A DNA stretch of 64,000 bases, taken from IMG/VR virus record IMGVR_UViG_3300030012_002620; one strand, given 5' to 3'. The notes beneath the pieces were generated by a model. That model was not told where the DNA came from, did not search any database, and saw only the letters and a program-made list of their open reading frames with translations. Every line of letters begins with the position of its first letter. The first letter of the stretch is position 1. The position numbers were made by a program, and so were the translations under genes. Source of the stretch: an uncultured virus (IMG/VR IMGVR_UViG_3300030012_002620). Taxonomy: Duplodnaviria; Heunggongvirae; Uroviricota; Caudoviricetes; Crassvirales. This document shows, in pieces, positions 19,053-29,667 of this stretch.

Positions 19053-21005
19053 TTAGTTGAATTGTTGAAGAATCTTCATAATAGCATATGCGTAAATATC
19101 ATTAACTTTTTTACCTGGTGGTTTTGAAGGTTGTCCGTCCCAAGTTTGATTATTTCCTTTGAATAAATCTTCAGCAACGTCTGCAAATTGAGTGTAGTTA
19201 GCTACTAGTTCATTATATACAGCTTTAGATTGACTTGCGTTTAAGTAACCCATAGTGTTAAATGTAGCATCTTCATTGTAAGATGTAGACACGCCTGAGT
19301 CAGAACCTGATTTTTTCTCAGACTGTCTTATAAACTCTGAAGTACCTGTTACCACAATAGCTATTCTCTCCAGCCCATCGTCGTCTTTATAGAATGTGTA
19401 TCCAAGGTCTCTGATGTTTTTAAAATCATTACCTTCTAAAGTTTTTATATTAAAGTTTGTTGGTTTTGATCCTGTACTACCTTGGAATATTGTTGTAAAG
19501 TTATTTGCACTATTTTGATATAAGTTTATATCGTAATTGCCTGTTTTAGAATAATCTTTTATGGTATCCCATTCATTATCACCAAGCCAATATTTTCCAA
19601 AAGCTTGCCATCCTTTTTTAGTATAACTATTTTTTTGTGTTGCGTTTCTTGATATTGGTTCATTTGGATCAAAAGTTAATTGATTGTCATATATATCAAC
19701 TAGTCTCTGTGATGAACTATTACTAATAGCATCTGCAAAACTTCCATCACCAGTTAACAAGTCCATACCCATACCTTCATGCTGTGCCATAGAATGTAAC
19801 GTACCTAATAAGTTTCTAGAGTTTCTATTATTAAGGAAATTAAATCCTGTAAATGGTGTATTTGAAGCATCAGTATCATTTTGAGCTCTACCACTTCTAT
19901 TCAGATCTCTAATATTTCTATAATCAATATCTAAAGATGTAGCAGCTGTTTTTCTTAAATAAGCTCTTGCTAATTCTCTTTGTTCGTCTGTTAAAATGTA
20001 TTCTGTCGTAGGTTGACCTGCTGCGTTTGTTTTTGTAGCTATTGTAAAGTGGTCGTTTCCTGAAGACCTAAAGTCAATAGCTTTTCCGTCTCTATCATAA
20101 TATCTTCCTACTCCATTATATACTAATAACGCGTCTAATTCTGCGTCTGTTTTTTCTCCTTCATAACTACCACTCCATTGAGCTCTTGCTCCTAATCCGT
20201 CATACAGAACACCAATCAAGTCTTTGTCGGTATATCCATCAATCATACTTTCAATAGTTTCTATAATTAAAGGGTCGTTAGCATGATCTCTAACCCATTG
20301 TTGAGTTTGACCATTTGTCATTGGTATACTTCCTGCACTTGCAGGTTGTGCTCTATCTCCGATAGCTTTTGATATATTAGATGTCCAATCAAAAACATCA
20401 AACCCTAAAATATCTGCATTGTTAGGATTTACCGAATTGTTTAATGGAGCAGCAAGAGTTGCTGTATTTATATTCCCGTTTTTATCAAAATACTGATATG
20501 TATGCACAAACTCTAAACCATTACTACCATCACTTAATAGCGTCAACCTATTTAAATCATTCATGTTTCTAGCAATGCCAAAATACCCAGACTCAAATTG
20601 GTCTAAAGCTGCTGAACTTATTTCTCCGTCTTCTACTCTCTTTTTTAAATCTTCATAATTTTGACCAATAATTTCTGTGCTGTTCACAATCATATTGGCA
20701 TCAGCAATCGCTAAATTAGTTATTCTTGTAGCATCTCCCTTTGAAATTAATCCAGCTCTGTTGTCTGCATGTGCTTTAGAGATTCTTTGTCTTAATAAAA
20801 CACCAGCCTCATTCCACATCTTATCAGCGTCTTGAAGACCCGTAAGACTTATTTGATCTAGCTGTGCGCCAAGATTTTCTAATTCAGTGTTTCTTTGTGC
20901 TGAAACATTTTGTCTTATCGTATTGACTTTTGCCTGACCCTCCAGGTACATTTGCCCAAGTCCTGCTAAGTTAGATTTTGGTGGTGTATAAATTCCGTTT
21001 GCCAT
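19053..21005 (-). CDS. Putative internal virion protein
   Basis: 650 aa; position between ejection-type genes. Confidence 0.55.
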   Translation of the reverse strand: MANGIYTPPKSNLAGLGQMYLEGQAKVNTIRQNVSAQRNTELENLGAQLDQISLTGLQDADKMWNEAGVLLRQRISKAHADNRAGLISKGDATRITNLAIADANMIVNSTEIIGQNYEDLKKRVEDGEISSAALDQFESGYFGIARNMNDLNRLTLLSDGSNGLEFVHTYQYFDKNGNINTATLAAPLNNSVNPNNADILGFDVFDWTSNISKAIGDRAQPASAGSIPMTNGQTQQWVRDHANDPLIIETIESMIDGYTDKDLIGVLYDGLGARAQWSGSYEGEKTDAELDALLVYNGVGRYYDRDGKAIDFRSSGNDHFTIATKTNAAGQPTTEYILTDEQRELARAYLRKTAATSLDIDYRNIRDLNRSGRAQNDTDASNTPFTGFNFLNNRNSRNLLGTLHSMAQHEGMGMDLLTGDGSFADAISNSSSQRLVDIYDNQLTFDPNEPISRNATQKNSYTKKGWQAFGKYWLGDNEWDTIKDYSKTGNYDINLYQNSANNFTTIFQGSTGSKPTNFNIKTLEGNDFKNIRDLGYTFYKDDDGLERIAIVVTGTSEFIRQSEKKSGSDSGVSTSYNEDATFNTMGYLNASQSKAVYNELVANYTQFADVAEDLFKGNNQTWDGQPSKPPGKKVNDIYAYAIMKILQQFN

Positions 21006-21011
21006 ATTCTT

Positions 21012-21761
21012 TTAATTAAATAAACTAGAGTTTAAAAAGTTTCCGCCAAAAGGATTGATAAATCTTAAAGCTTGTCCTACGCCTGTTCCTCCAGTTCCTG
21101 CAGTTGCTTGCGTGTTAATCAAACCTTTAATAAAACCTGGTTTTTTTCCTGAAGTATCTACCGTTCCTCCTAACCTGTTGTATCTATTAGTCAAACCTTG
21201 AGCCTTGTTATACTGACGCATTGCTTTTACAGATTCAAAACCGCCTTCTGCTGCTTCCATCTGTTGAGCTTGACCTGCAGATATGGCTAAGGATGCAGCA
21301 CCTTCTAACGCTGAGGTTTGCATTTGCTGACCTGCACTGATTTGAGATATAGCCTCTGCTCTTCTTGCTTGATTTCTTCCTTCTAATTGTTGTTGTATTC
21401 TAACTTCATCTTGTGCTCTAAGAGTGTCAGCTTGAAATTCTTTATCTAAAATACTACTTATACCTTGTAATTCCACTTCATTTAAATTTCCTTGAGTGGC
21501 ATTTATTAATCCCATAGCAGAAGCAGCATCCATTCCAGATGCAACATCAGCAACTTGACTCATTCTTCTGTTTGTTTGAGCAAACATCATTTCTTCAGCC
21601 ATCGTGCTGGGTTTTAAATTTTCATAAGCATTTTTTAAATCTACATCTCGCATTTTGTTAAGAGTTCTTTGACCAGCGTTAACCATTTGTCCACCACCCA
21701 TAAACCCTTTTATAGCAGATGCTCCGCCTAGAATCATTCCTACTGTAGTTAATAAAGGCAT
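21012..21761 (-). CDS. Putative internal virion/DNA pilot protein
   Basis: Gly/Ala/Gln/Met-rich with a hydrophobic N-terminus. Confidence 0.6.
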   Translation of the reverse strand: MPLLTTVGMILGGASAIKGFMGGGQMVNAGQRTLNKMRDVDLKNAYENLKPSTMAEEMMFAQTNRRMSQVADVASGMDAASAMGLINATQGNLNEVELQGISSILDKEFQADTLRAQDEVRIQQQLEGRNQARRAEAISQISAGQQMQTSALEGAASLAISAGQAQQMEAAEGGFESVKAMRQYNKAQGLTNRYNRLGGTVDTSGKKPGFIKGLINTQATAGTGGTGVGQALRFINPFGGNFLNSSLFN

Positions 21762-21782
21762 AATATTAAGTTTTTAATTACA

Positions 21783-21790
21783 CAAATATA
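21783..21790 (-). promoter_or_regulatory. TAnnTTTG promoter element
   Basis: TATATTTG on - strand in the intergenic gap upstream of 21761. Confidence 0.65.
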
Positions 21791-21796
21791 CAAAAT

Positions 21797-22570
21797 TTAC
21801 AGGTAGCTCTTAACAGCTTCACTGCCTACCGAGAACAGTTCTGCTACTCCTGTAGAGTCGTTACTCAAGGTAACACTAGCAAAATACCCTCTCAATCCCC
21901 TGGATTCTGGAGATAAATCTTTTGCAACAAACATAAAATTACCGACAGACGGGGTAAAAGTGCTTGAATTGTCAGGTGCACTTGTTATTCTTACGACATC
22001 CCTTGTTAGGTTATCTGTTGCGTCGCTGTCTAGTATACCGTTTATTGTTCCAACTAATCTAGTCTGTCCATCATTAAAATACAAATTATCAACACCTGTA
22101 GTTATAATTTGTTCACTAACATCTAAATTAAACCTAAATTCAGTTGTTGATACATTTTCAACCAAAGCTCCTATGCCAATAATAGAAAGCTCATTAAAAT
22201 TTAATCTTCCTGTTTGTCTAATATAACCAGAACGGTAGCTTTCGTAAGTTTCAAATTGATCTTCACTTATTGTTCCAAACTCCATATCTGTAGATATCTG
22301 AGCACTCCACCTTGTACTAGACGTTTCTAAAATTAAGTTTTTAAATAATTTAACATCTGACGGACTGCTGTTTACTGACAAAGTAATATTACATCCATCA
22401 TTTGAATTATAAAATCTAGTTCTTCCACCTGTATCATGTTCGTATAAATCACCACTTTTGAATGTAAAAAACTTTGTGCCTACACGAGTCATCCATTCAG
22501 GTGTATAGGAGTGAAACGAAGTCCATCCGCCTACTCCTTCATCATATGTTATTGTTTTTTTATCAGCCAT
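21797..22570 (-). CDS. Tail nozzle/stabilisation protein, C-terminal part
   Basis: TITYDE..GWTSFHSYTPE and LRGYF..ELFSV..S motifs, recalled as the C-terminal portion of this family. Confidence 0.55.
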   Translation of the reverse strand: MADKKTITYDEGVGGWTSFHSYTPEWMTRVGTKFFTFKSGDLYEHDTGGRTRFYNSNDGCNITLSVNSSPSDVKLFKNLILETSSTRWSAQISTDMEFGTISEDQFETYESYRSGYIRQTGRLNFNELSIIGIGALVENVSTTEFRFNLDVSEQIITTGVDNLYFNDGQTRLVGTINGILDSDATDNLTRDVVRITSAPDNSSTFTPSVGNFMFVAKDLSPESRGLRGYFASVTLSNDSTGVAELFSVGSEAVKSYL

Positions 22571-22574
22571 AATT

Positions 22575-25500
22575 CTATCCGTCGTCTTTTATTACTGGCC
22601 ACCCTAAAGTACCATTGTTGTCAAACCCTAAATTCTTTAATTCGTTTGTTACATGATATAAATAATAATATTCCCATTTATCAAACCTATCAGATGTACT
22701 ACCTGGTTTATAAGGAGCATTACTGTCGTTATTATCACTATCTTCTAAATCATAAACTACACCAAGTGTGTTGTTAGAAAATAAAGTACTTAATCCATTA
22801 CTTCCTGTATACTGTCCAGTTCCTGTAGAAACTGCAGTTAAATAACTTTTAAAGTTTGTTGAATTATTATTTTCTTTTACATTAAACACTACAGCTCTGT
22901 AAAAATTATTATTAGAACTGTTAAGCGTATTTATCCTGCTTATTAAAGTAGCAACATCTGTGTTGTGTTCTGAAGTTCTAGATTCTGCATCTGAAAATGT
23001 ACTATCATGATAACCAGTATTTGCTTCATCTTGAAATAATAAAAATACAACATTATCAGCATCATTTGGAAAGTTATTATGACCATTAGTTAAAAAATCA
23101 TTTACATCATTATCAGATAATGCAGCCCATGTTCTTTCGTTACTCCAACTGGTCGAATTATTACCGTCATCTTCGTATACAATACTTACATGACTGTCAT
23201 AGTCATCACTTCCGTTTGTCGCATTATTTGTGTTACCACTAGAAGCTGTGCCTGCAGTTGCGTATAAATCTTGTAATACAGATTTTAAAGAATTAGTCCT
23301 CATATCTCTTAATTCATTTAATGTAGTATTCATTGATCCAGACGCATCAAAATAGATATAAATGTATGTGTTTTGTGTTATAGCTAAAGCTTCTGTTGAT
23401 ACTGTACAAATAGCCTCACAAGAACCTCCTCTACTCACTTTGTATGTAAAACTATCATTTAGAGCAGCTCCTGCTGTATGAGTATATGTTATACTTGTCG
23501 TAGGACTACCACTTACTATTGTTGCAGTTCCATTTGTTGGAGCGTTTTCTATTGTTAGTGTATAAGGACTTGGTATTGTGTCATTTGCTACAACATTTAT
23601 AGTTGATGAACCTCCATTAGAAATACCTGTTATAGAGTCGTTAACAAGAACTGGTAACTGATCTCTATAGTCATATACAATGTATAGGTTTTCAGATGTG
23701 TTATTTCTATTAAAAGTAAACTGTAAACTATTTTCTTCTTGTGATGTAGTGTCTGTGTTAGTTATGGTCCCTGAAAAGTTAGCATTAGTTAAAATATCAC
23801 TAGCTGTAGGGTTTACAGAAGCTGTAACCCAATACCCTATATCATTACAAGCATTAAAATCTGCAGTATGAGCTTGTTTGACACGCAACGAAGAAATTGT
23901 TACTGTGTCGCCATTTTGCGGTATGTTTGTAGATCCCATGTCACCTGTAAAGGTTTCAAATCTTGTTTGTCCAGAAGCATCTAATGTGTCTGTTGTTTCA
24001 TTAAATATATTTACTCCAGAATGCTTATACCTATTAACAATCGTTTGATTTGCTTTGTAGCTATCATTAACAACCAAAATAGTTACACTCATTGTTTCTG
24101 GTACTGGACATTGATTTTGTATAGTAACATTACTATGACTTGGTTGCCCTGTTGCTGGGTTTGCTGTGACTGTTATAACTGCAGTAGGGTCGGTAGATGC
24201 ATTAGCAGTAAAAGTAATATTACCACTTCCACTTAGATTATTGTTATTAGTTACACTACCATTATAATCTATAGAAATATTTGCATTTGCATTTGCTATA
24301 CTATAAGCTAAAGTATGCGTTCCTGCAGTAGGACCTATGTTTAAAATGTAAGTATAACTACCACTAACTCTTACAGATATCTCAGAGCTACATGTTGTTT
24401 CAGGTGTAACTAAGTCTTTCTGTGATTCACCAGGTGTTAATACATATTGATTATGTTTTGGATCATATCCTCCTGGATTGAAATGATTTCTGTTTGCATA
24501 TAAATTACTCTTGAAATAAGATTTCATTCCTTGTGCAGATATAGGTGTAATTCCTTGTTGTCCTAATCTCAATACAGCTCCTCTATTGGGGTCTGCGAAA
24601 TATAAACTGTTTTCATACGAAGCAAAACTTTCTGGCGAAAGACCTATTCCGTATTCTCCTGTAAATGGTACATCTTGACCTAAAACCTGTTCTATCTGTG
24701 TCAAACTACCTGTTCCATCAGGTGCATTTAATATTGATTTACCAAATAAAACTTTTGATACTCTATCTTCTTGAAATACTATCAAATCATCTTCTCTACT
24801 ATGTATTCTTTGAACAGAACCATATTTCATGTCCATAAACTTCGTTATACCTCTGCTAGCATTAAATTCATTCAAACTATTATATGCGTTATTTTCGTTA
24901 AAAGAACCGCTATATATAAGTTTGTTTTTACTATCTAAAGCTTCATAACCCTCTAACAACGTAACATTTGGTCTTGTATCTATATCTAAAAATGGTTCAA
25001 ATCTATCATCTCTAATAGAAATACTTTCAACACCATTTCCAAAAGAATAACAATTACCAAAGTTTAATTGTGTTATTGCAGGTTGAGAACCTGTCTGGTT
25101 TTGCTCTGAACCTTGATGAAAACCACTTTCAATAGCAAATGTTTCATCTGTTTCGTAATATATGTCACTATTTAGTTCTTGTGGGTCTGTTTCAAATACC
25201 AAAGTTCCTGACAACAAAATCATATCTATTTTACAGGTTAATCTGCCCTTTTCCCAAAAAGCAGTATGTTCTGTAGGCTTTATAACCATTACCCATCTAG
25301 TTGTCCAAGGAGTTCCTTGTGAGCTGTTTGTGTCTTTATACATATACCACTTAAAAGCTTCTTGATCATCATCTTGTGATTCTACTGTCCACTCATTTAC
25401 AGTATAATTGTTACTTGTGCCGCTAAAAGCTGTAATTGTTGTTGATGTTTTTGTCCATGTTGTTTCTGCATCAGCCCATAATTCAAATGCATTTTTTGTA

Positions 25501-27929
25501 TTTGTAGATGTATAAGTGTTTTGTACAGTAAAAGTTTTTTTGTAGGTGAAAGATGGGTCTGAACCATACCCATTAAAAAACCAATCAATTTCTATTTTAG
25601 CTCCAGGCTGTAATTCTAAATCATCATATGCGGTTCCTGCTGCATTTCTAACTTGTAAAAAACCTAACTCCTCTGTTCCTCCTGCATTTAATATTCCTAA
25701 AAAGGGTATAGAATTATGCCCAGGCAATACATTTGCTACTTTAAAATCATCAAATGTATCAGCAAAAGAACTGTCTTCGTATGCAATAAAGTTATTTGGG
25801 TTAAAATCCATATTGAACCCAGTAGGTTTTATTTTCATGTAGACACCAGATCTTTCTATTATAGGATTTCCTGAAGGATCATCATTATCTTCTATCCACC
25901 CTTGATCTGCATTTAAAGCGTCTTGCGCTGTTTTATTTACTACTTCTAAAACTTTTATTTTTACTAGACTATTCAAAGGTCCATTGTCATCAGATTTCAC
26001 AATCAACATTGTACCAGCCTCTACTTTACCTATATTGTTGCCCTCTAAAGAAACCCATCTATATATATTATCTTGATAAAAAACAGTTGCAAATATATTG
26101 TAGTATACTTCTTTGTTCTGTTTAACAAAAAACTTATATCTATCTGCCCAATAAGGAGGCCTGCTATTTATGGTAATTTTAGCTCTATTCTGATTTTCTG
26201 AATCACTTACTGGTATAAATATTTCTGAATTTCCTGAAGATTCACTTTCTTTTGGTAATAAAACAGAAGAATACCTTCCAAATTGATCTAAATAAACAAT
26301 ACCAAACTCATAACTTCTATTGCTTTTTAAAGATAAAGCGCTATTAAGCTTTGTCCATCTAGCTTGTACTGTAGACTGCCAGGTAAATTGTGATTCTCTA
26401 GTTGTGGTTACATTATCAGTACTGTCAGAAGGTGTAGTATCTATAGTAAATGTAATTTTGGGCGCTTTTAAAACAACTGTAGTAGACGTGCTTGTATATG
26501 TAAAATCACCATAAGCTGTAGATACATGGTTAGTTGGTACTGTTATAGTTGTTACACCAGCAAAATTAGCAGATAGCGTTGCTATAAATGTTGCCCAATC
26601 ATTAGAGGCTAAAAAAGTATCTAAACCACTATATGTTTCTGTTAAAACAATTCCTGCAGTAAATTTAGCAACACCATTTCCAAAAGCATTGGATAAGTAC
26701 GTTCCTTCTGGAGAAATTAAATCTATATTTATTATAAGTTCACTGTTTTCTTGAAAAACTATATTTGTAAATGTTATAGTAAATTCTGTACTATCTCCAC
26801 TTGTATTTATAGATGTTGTTAAAAAGTCACCTGCAAAAGAAGTAGATACTGCCTCTACATTGTAATCTAATTTTAAAGGAAGTTCATCCGTAGAGTTTTG
26901 TAGCATATCATATTGAGATGTTGTGTTTCCAAAAACAACTCTATCTTTAATAAAATCTTGAGTTTTGGCTGTTAGAGGAACATCATCAAATATTCTGAAA
27001 ACTTCATCTTGCGGTAATGCTTTGAAAATCATTCTGTTTTTAAACTCATAATTTTTAGTCATGTCATCACCAAAATCACTTTCTTTTTTATTTATAGTGT
27101 CAATAACGTATACAGTGTTCTGTTTTGCGGTTTTAAAACATATATCAATATCTGTAACTCTTTTATCTCCTGTATTATATTGTATATTATAACCATTGTA
27201 CAATCCAAGCATGCCTTTATTTTCCATAGTACCATAATCTAAGCTGAAGTTTCCAGGATTAAATTGATAATTAGAAAAAGAAGACAAAGCAGAGTATTGT
27301 CCGTCTAAATACTTGTATCTGTAAGCAAAAGCAAAAAATTGCTCTTGTATCTGATTTTCTTTTTTAGTAACTGTGAAGAAAGGTCTAACTGATGGAGCTT
27401 TTCTAGGTGGTTTCCTATATAAAGATATATCATCTTCAAAAAAACCATTTTCTCCATAACCTATAGCTCTTTCTATATTTACAAGCTTAGGGCTATTTTT
27501 TCCATCTGTGAATAATAATATGTTTTGTTTTTTTGGAATATTGTAAATAACATTTCCATATACTTTATATTGTGCATCAAAACTTAAAACATTAGTAGCT
27601 GCTGATCTAGTATCTTTTAATATTGTTCTAGTTACTTGCGTTCTAATATCATACTCAAACACATACCCATGACCTGCGTTATTAACTACAAACCAATATA
27701 TTCTTTCATTTGATTCATCTGGTACTGCTCCTATACATCGAGCTCCTGTTCCAGCATTGATGTTAGATACTATTGTGTTACCTTCTTCGTTTTGTATAGC
27801 GCCTGCATCTCCACTTCCAGTGTTTACAACTCTTATGTTCAGAGCATCAGTGTATTCACCCTCTGGGATTAATCTTTCGTCGAAATCTTTATTCATTCGA
27901 CCTTTAGAAAATACGTTTTTTAATTTCAT
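22575..27929 (-). CDS. Tail nozzle/stabilisation protein with Ig/cadherin-like and vWA-like C-terminal domains
   Basis: F.KGRMNKD.DERL.P.GEY.DALN N-terminus; VNDS..INVVAND..PTNGTA..DSFTY Ig-like unit; YIYFDASGSM MIDAS motif. Confidence 0.7.
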   Translation of the reverse strand: MKLKNVFSKGRMNKDFDERLIPEGEYTDALNIRVVNTGSGDAGAIQNEEGNTIVSNINAGTGARCIGAVPDESNERIYWFVVNNAGHGYVFEYDIRTQVTRTILKDTRSAATNVLSFDAQYKVYGNVIYNIPKKQNILLFTDGKNSPKLVNIERAIGYGENGFFEDDISLYRKPPRKAPSVRPFFTVTKKENQIQEQFFAFAYRYKYLDGQYSALSSFSNYQFNPGNFSLDYGTMENKGMLGLYNGYNIQYNTGDKRVTDIDICFKTAKQNTVYVIDTINKKESDFGDDMTKNYEFKNRMIFKALPQDEVFRIFDDVPLTAKTQDFIKDRVVFGNTTSQYDMLQNSTDELPLKLDYNVEAVSTSFAGDFLTTSINTSGDSTEFTITFTNIVFQENSELIINIDLISPEGTYLSNAFGNGVAKFTAGIVLTETYSGLDTFLASNDWATFIATLSANFAGVTTITVPTNHVSTAYGDFTYTSTSTTVVLKAPKITFTIDTTPSDSTDNVTTTRESQFTWQSTVQARWTKLNSALSLKSNRSYEFGIVYLDQFGRYSSVLLPKESESSGNSEIFIPVSDSENQNRAKITINSRPPYWADRYKFFVKQNKEVYYNIFATVFYQDNIYRWVSLEGNNIGKVEAGTMLIVKSDDNGPLNSLVKIKVLEVVNKTAQDALNADQGWIEDNDDPSGNPIIERSGVYMKIKPTGFNMDFNPNNFIAYEDSSFADTFDDFKVANVLPGHNSIPFLGILNAGGTEELGFLQVRNAAGTAYDDLELQPGAKIEIDWFFNGYGSDPSFTYKKTFTVQNTYTSTNTKNAFELWADAETTWTKTSTTITAFSGTSNNYTVNEWTVESQDDDQEAFKWYMYKDTNSSQGTPWTTRWVMVIKPTEHTAFWEKGRLTCKIDMILLSGTLVFETDPQELNSDIYYETDETFAIESGFHQGSEQNQTGSQPAITQLNFGNCYSFGNGVESISIRDDRFEPFLDIDTRPNVTLLEGYEALDSKNKLIYSGSFNENNAYNSLNEFNASRGITKFMDMKYGSVQRIHSREDDLIVFQEDRVSKVLFGKSILNAPDGTGSLTQIEQVLGQDVPFTGEYGIGLSPESFASYENSLYFADPNRGAVLRLGQQGITPISAQGMKSYFKSNLYANRNHFNPGGYDPKHNQYVLTPGESQKDLVTPETTCSSEISVRVSGSYTYILNIGPTAGTHTLAYSIANANANISIDYNGSVTNNNNLSGSGNITFTANASTDPTAVITVTANPATGQPSHSNVTIQNQCPVPETMSVTILVVNDSYKANQTIVNRYKHSGVNIFNETTDTLDASGQTRFETFTGDMGSTNIPQNGDTVTISSLRVKQAHTADFNACNDIGYWVTASVNPTASDILTNANFSGTITNTDTTSQEENSLQFTFNRNNTSENLYIVYDYRDQLPVLVNDSITGISNGGSSTINVVANDTIPSPYTLTIENAPTNGTATIVSGSPTTSITYTHTAGAALNDSFTYKVSRGGSCEAICTVSTEALAITQNTYIYIYFDASGSMNTTLNELRDMRTNSLKSVLQDLYATAGTASSGNTNNATNGSDDYDSHVSIVYEDDGNNSTSWSNERTWAALSDNDVNDFLTNGHNNFPNDADNVVFLLFQDEANTGYHDSTFSDAESRTSEHNTDVATLISRINTLNSSNNNFYRAVVFNVKENNNSTNFKSYLTAVSTGTGQYTGSNGLSTLFSNNTLGVVYDLEDSDNNDSNAPYKPGSTSDRFDKWEYYYLYHVTNELKNLGFDNNGTLGWPVIKDDG

Positions 27930-27930
27930 G

Positions 27931-28818
27931 CTACTTTATCCACTTATTTCTACCTTTCAGTAATTGAGTTAATTCACCCAATTTTATAGAATTTAGTCTG
28001 ATTTTAGCATTTCTTAATGAAGCAGAAGCTTGTTTTTGAGCTCTTCTTACAATGAACTCTTGTACGCCAAATTTACCCTTTAATATTGTAGACTGTAAGT
28101 AGTCATACATAAAAGTTTCTGCTAGTTTGTGTATTTTAATTTCTGTTTCAGCATATCCATACAATCCATCAGATACATATTCTATAATAATATTTTTTCC
28201 TTTTAAATTAGAACTAAATAATATAAACCCTTGGTTTTTATCAATTAAATAACTTCCGTTATGATTCGCAGAGCCTGTATCCATTCCGTATCTTTTCCCT
28301 ACTATCTGTCCTGTTGGCTCGTCTACCTTACCTTCTGTACCCTCTCTCCATTTATCCTCTATTACAGGCGTTCCTGTTAAAGCATTACCATCTCCATCAA
28401 AAAGAATATCTGCTGTTTCTGTTCCTTCCTGTAAATAAGATTTTGGTGTAGATGAATTAAAGTTTTGATTTATATTATGAACCATTCCATCTGAACTAAC
28501 ATAACCCACCTTTACTAAACTTACAAAATCATGTGGTAAAGGAATCTTTAATGTATCAGGTATTTCCAATTCAAAACCTTCTATTTCTCTTAGCGCATCA
28601 TAATGTAACTCTTGTATTGCTCTTTTTGCATGAAATATAACTTCATGTCTTTCCACTTTATTAATTACTTTGTCGTCTCCAACATACGTTAATAAAAAGT
28701 TGTTTATAATATCATCTAACAACATGTATTGATATGTTCCCCAATTGTCATTAGTTGGGTTATCACCGCTATTAGTGTAATATTCTCTCTGTGTTATATG
28801 TTGTCCTATCGTTGGCAT
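27931..28818 (-). CDS. Tail ring/adaptor structural protein
   Basis: LPHDFVSLVKV motif; position between capsid and nozzle genes. Confidence 0.6.
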   Translation of the reverse strand: MPTIGQHITQREYYTNSGDNPTNDNWGTYQYMLLDDIINNFLLTYVGDDKVINKVERHEVIFHAKRAIQELHYDALREIEGFELEIPDTLKIPLPHDFVSLVKVGYVSSDGMVHNINQNFNSSTPKSYLQEGTETADILFDGDGNALTGTPVIEDKWREGTEGKVDEPTGQIVGKRYGMDTGSANHNGSYLIDKNQGFILFSSNLKGKNIIIEYVSDGLYGYAETEIKIHKLAETFMYDYLQSTILKGKFGVQEFIVRRAQKQASASLRNAKIRLNSIKLGELTQLLKGRNKWIK

Positions 28819-28820
28819 AA

Positions 28821-29585
28821 TTATGTATTATCTGTTTGTAGTTCTAACGATTCTTTACTTGTCATAGCTGTAACTACATCAGCTTCTCGTATAGCTAATC
28901 CAGCATACTTACATATCTTTATAATTAAATCTACCTCATCATTTTCTGATATTTCGAAATTAGTTGATGCTGCTTGATTATAAACAGGATCCCCACTTAC
29001 TGTAGTATAAGCCCAAATAGGGTCTGCAGGTTTTCTTAAATAATTACAAATCAATGCAGTCTCTACAACATTATTAACTGTTTGCGGTGTAGTTCCTGTA
29101 TAATAAATACTTAAAGGTCTAGCGTATACTTGATTCCCTTCTCTGTAAAAAACAGGATATGTTACAGAAGGAACATTCAAATTACTATTCATAATCATAT
29201 CAAACTTACCTTTTGGTATTTCTTCCAAAACTCTTCCGTTGTATGTTAAGTTAATTAACTTGTAATAGTTTGATGGTAGTGTAAAATAATCTCTAGCTTC
29301 TCCGACACTCACAACACCTCCGTCTTGTACGTCGGTATATTCCAAAGTAGCTGAGGTAGAAAAAACATCTATCTTATTTCTTACTTGTAGAGCCATATCA
29401 CCATAACCTAAACTTCTTTTTCTTGTATTCTGAAGTTGTGTTTGTCTTGCAAACTCACTAAAATACGACTCAAAAATCTCTAACTGAGCTAATTTTGCGT
29501 AATGGTTGTACTCTAATGGTGATATATACCCTCTGTTGTCCTTGTTTAATAAAAACAACACTGTATTTCTTACACTGTTAATCAT
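28821..29585 (-). CDS. Tail ring/adaptor structural protein
   Basis: LNKDNRGYISP.EYN..AQLEIF, LPSNYY, YLRKP motifs. Confidence 0.6.
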   Translation of the reverse strand: MINSVRNTVLFLLNKDNRGYISPLEYNHYAKLAQLEIFESYFSEFARQTQLQNTRKRSLGYGDMALQVRNKIDVFSTSATLEYTDVQDGGVVSVGEARDYFTLPSNYYKLINLTYNGRVLEEIPKGKFDMIMNSNLNVPSVTYPVFYREGNQVYARPLSIYYTGTTPQTVNNVVETALICNYLRKPADPIWAYTTVSGDPVYNQAASTNFEISENDEVDLIIKICKYAGLAIREADVVTAMTSKESLELQTDNT

Positions 29586-29599
29586 GAGTATATTTTTTA

Positions 29600-29607
29600 C
29601 AAAAATA
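29600..29607 (-). promoter_or_regulatory. TAnnTTTG promoter element
   Basis: TATTTTTG on - strand, immediately after a terminator. Confidence 0.5.
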
Positions 29608-29609
29608 AT

Positions 29610-29639
29610 AAAAAAAGGGGCTCAATATATGAGACCCCT
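29610..29639 (-). terminator. Intrinsic terminator
   Basis: AGGGGTCTCA-loop-TGAGCCCCT followed by a T run on the - strand. Confidence 0.75.
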
Positions 29640-29667
29640 CTTTCCCCTTTCACAGTTTCTTCTAGTT

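Noticed and set aside
12549..19884. Many + strand ORFs of 60-146 aa opposite the internal virion genes, and similar ones opposite tail, portal and groEL genes
   Set aside because: Antisense shadows in register with long real genes, S/L/I/F-rich, mostly non-ATG starts.
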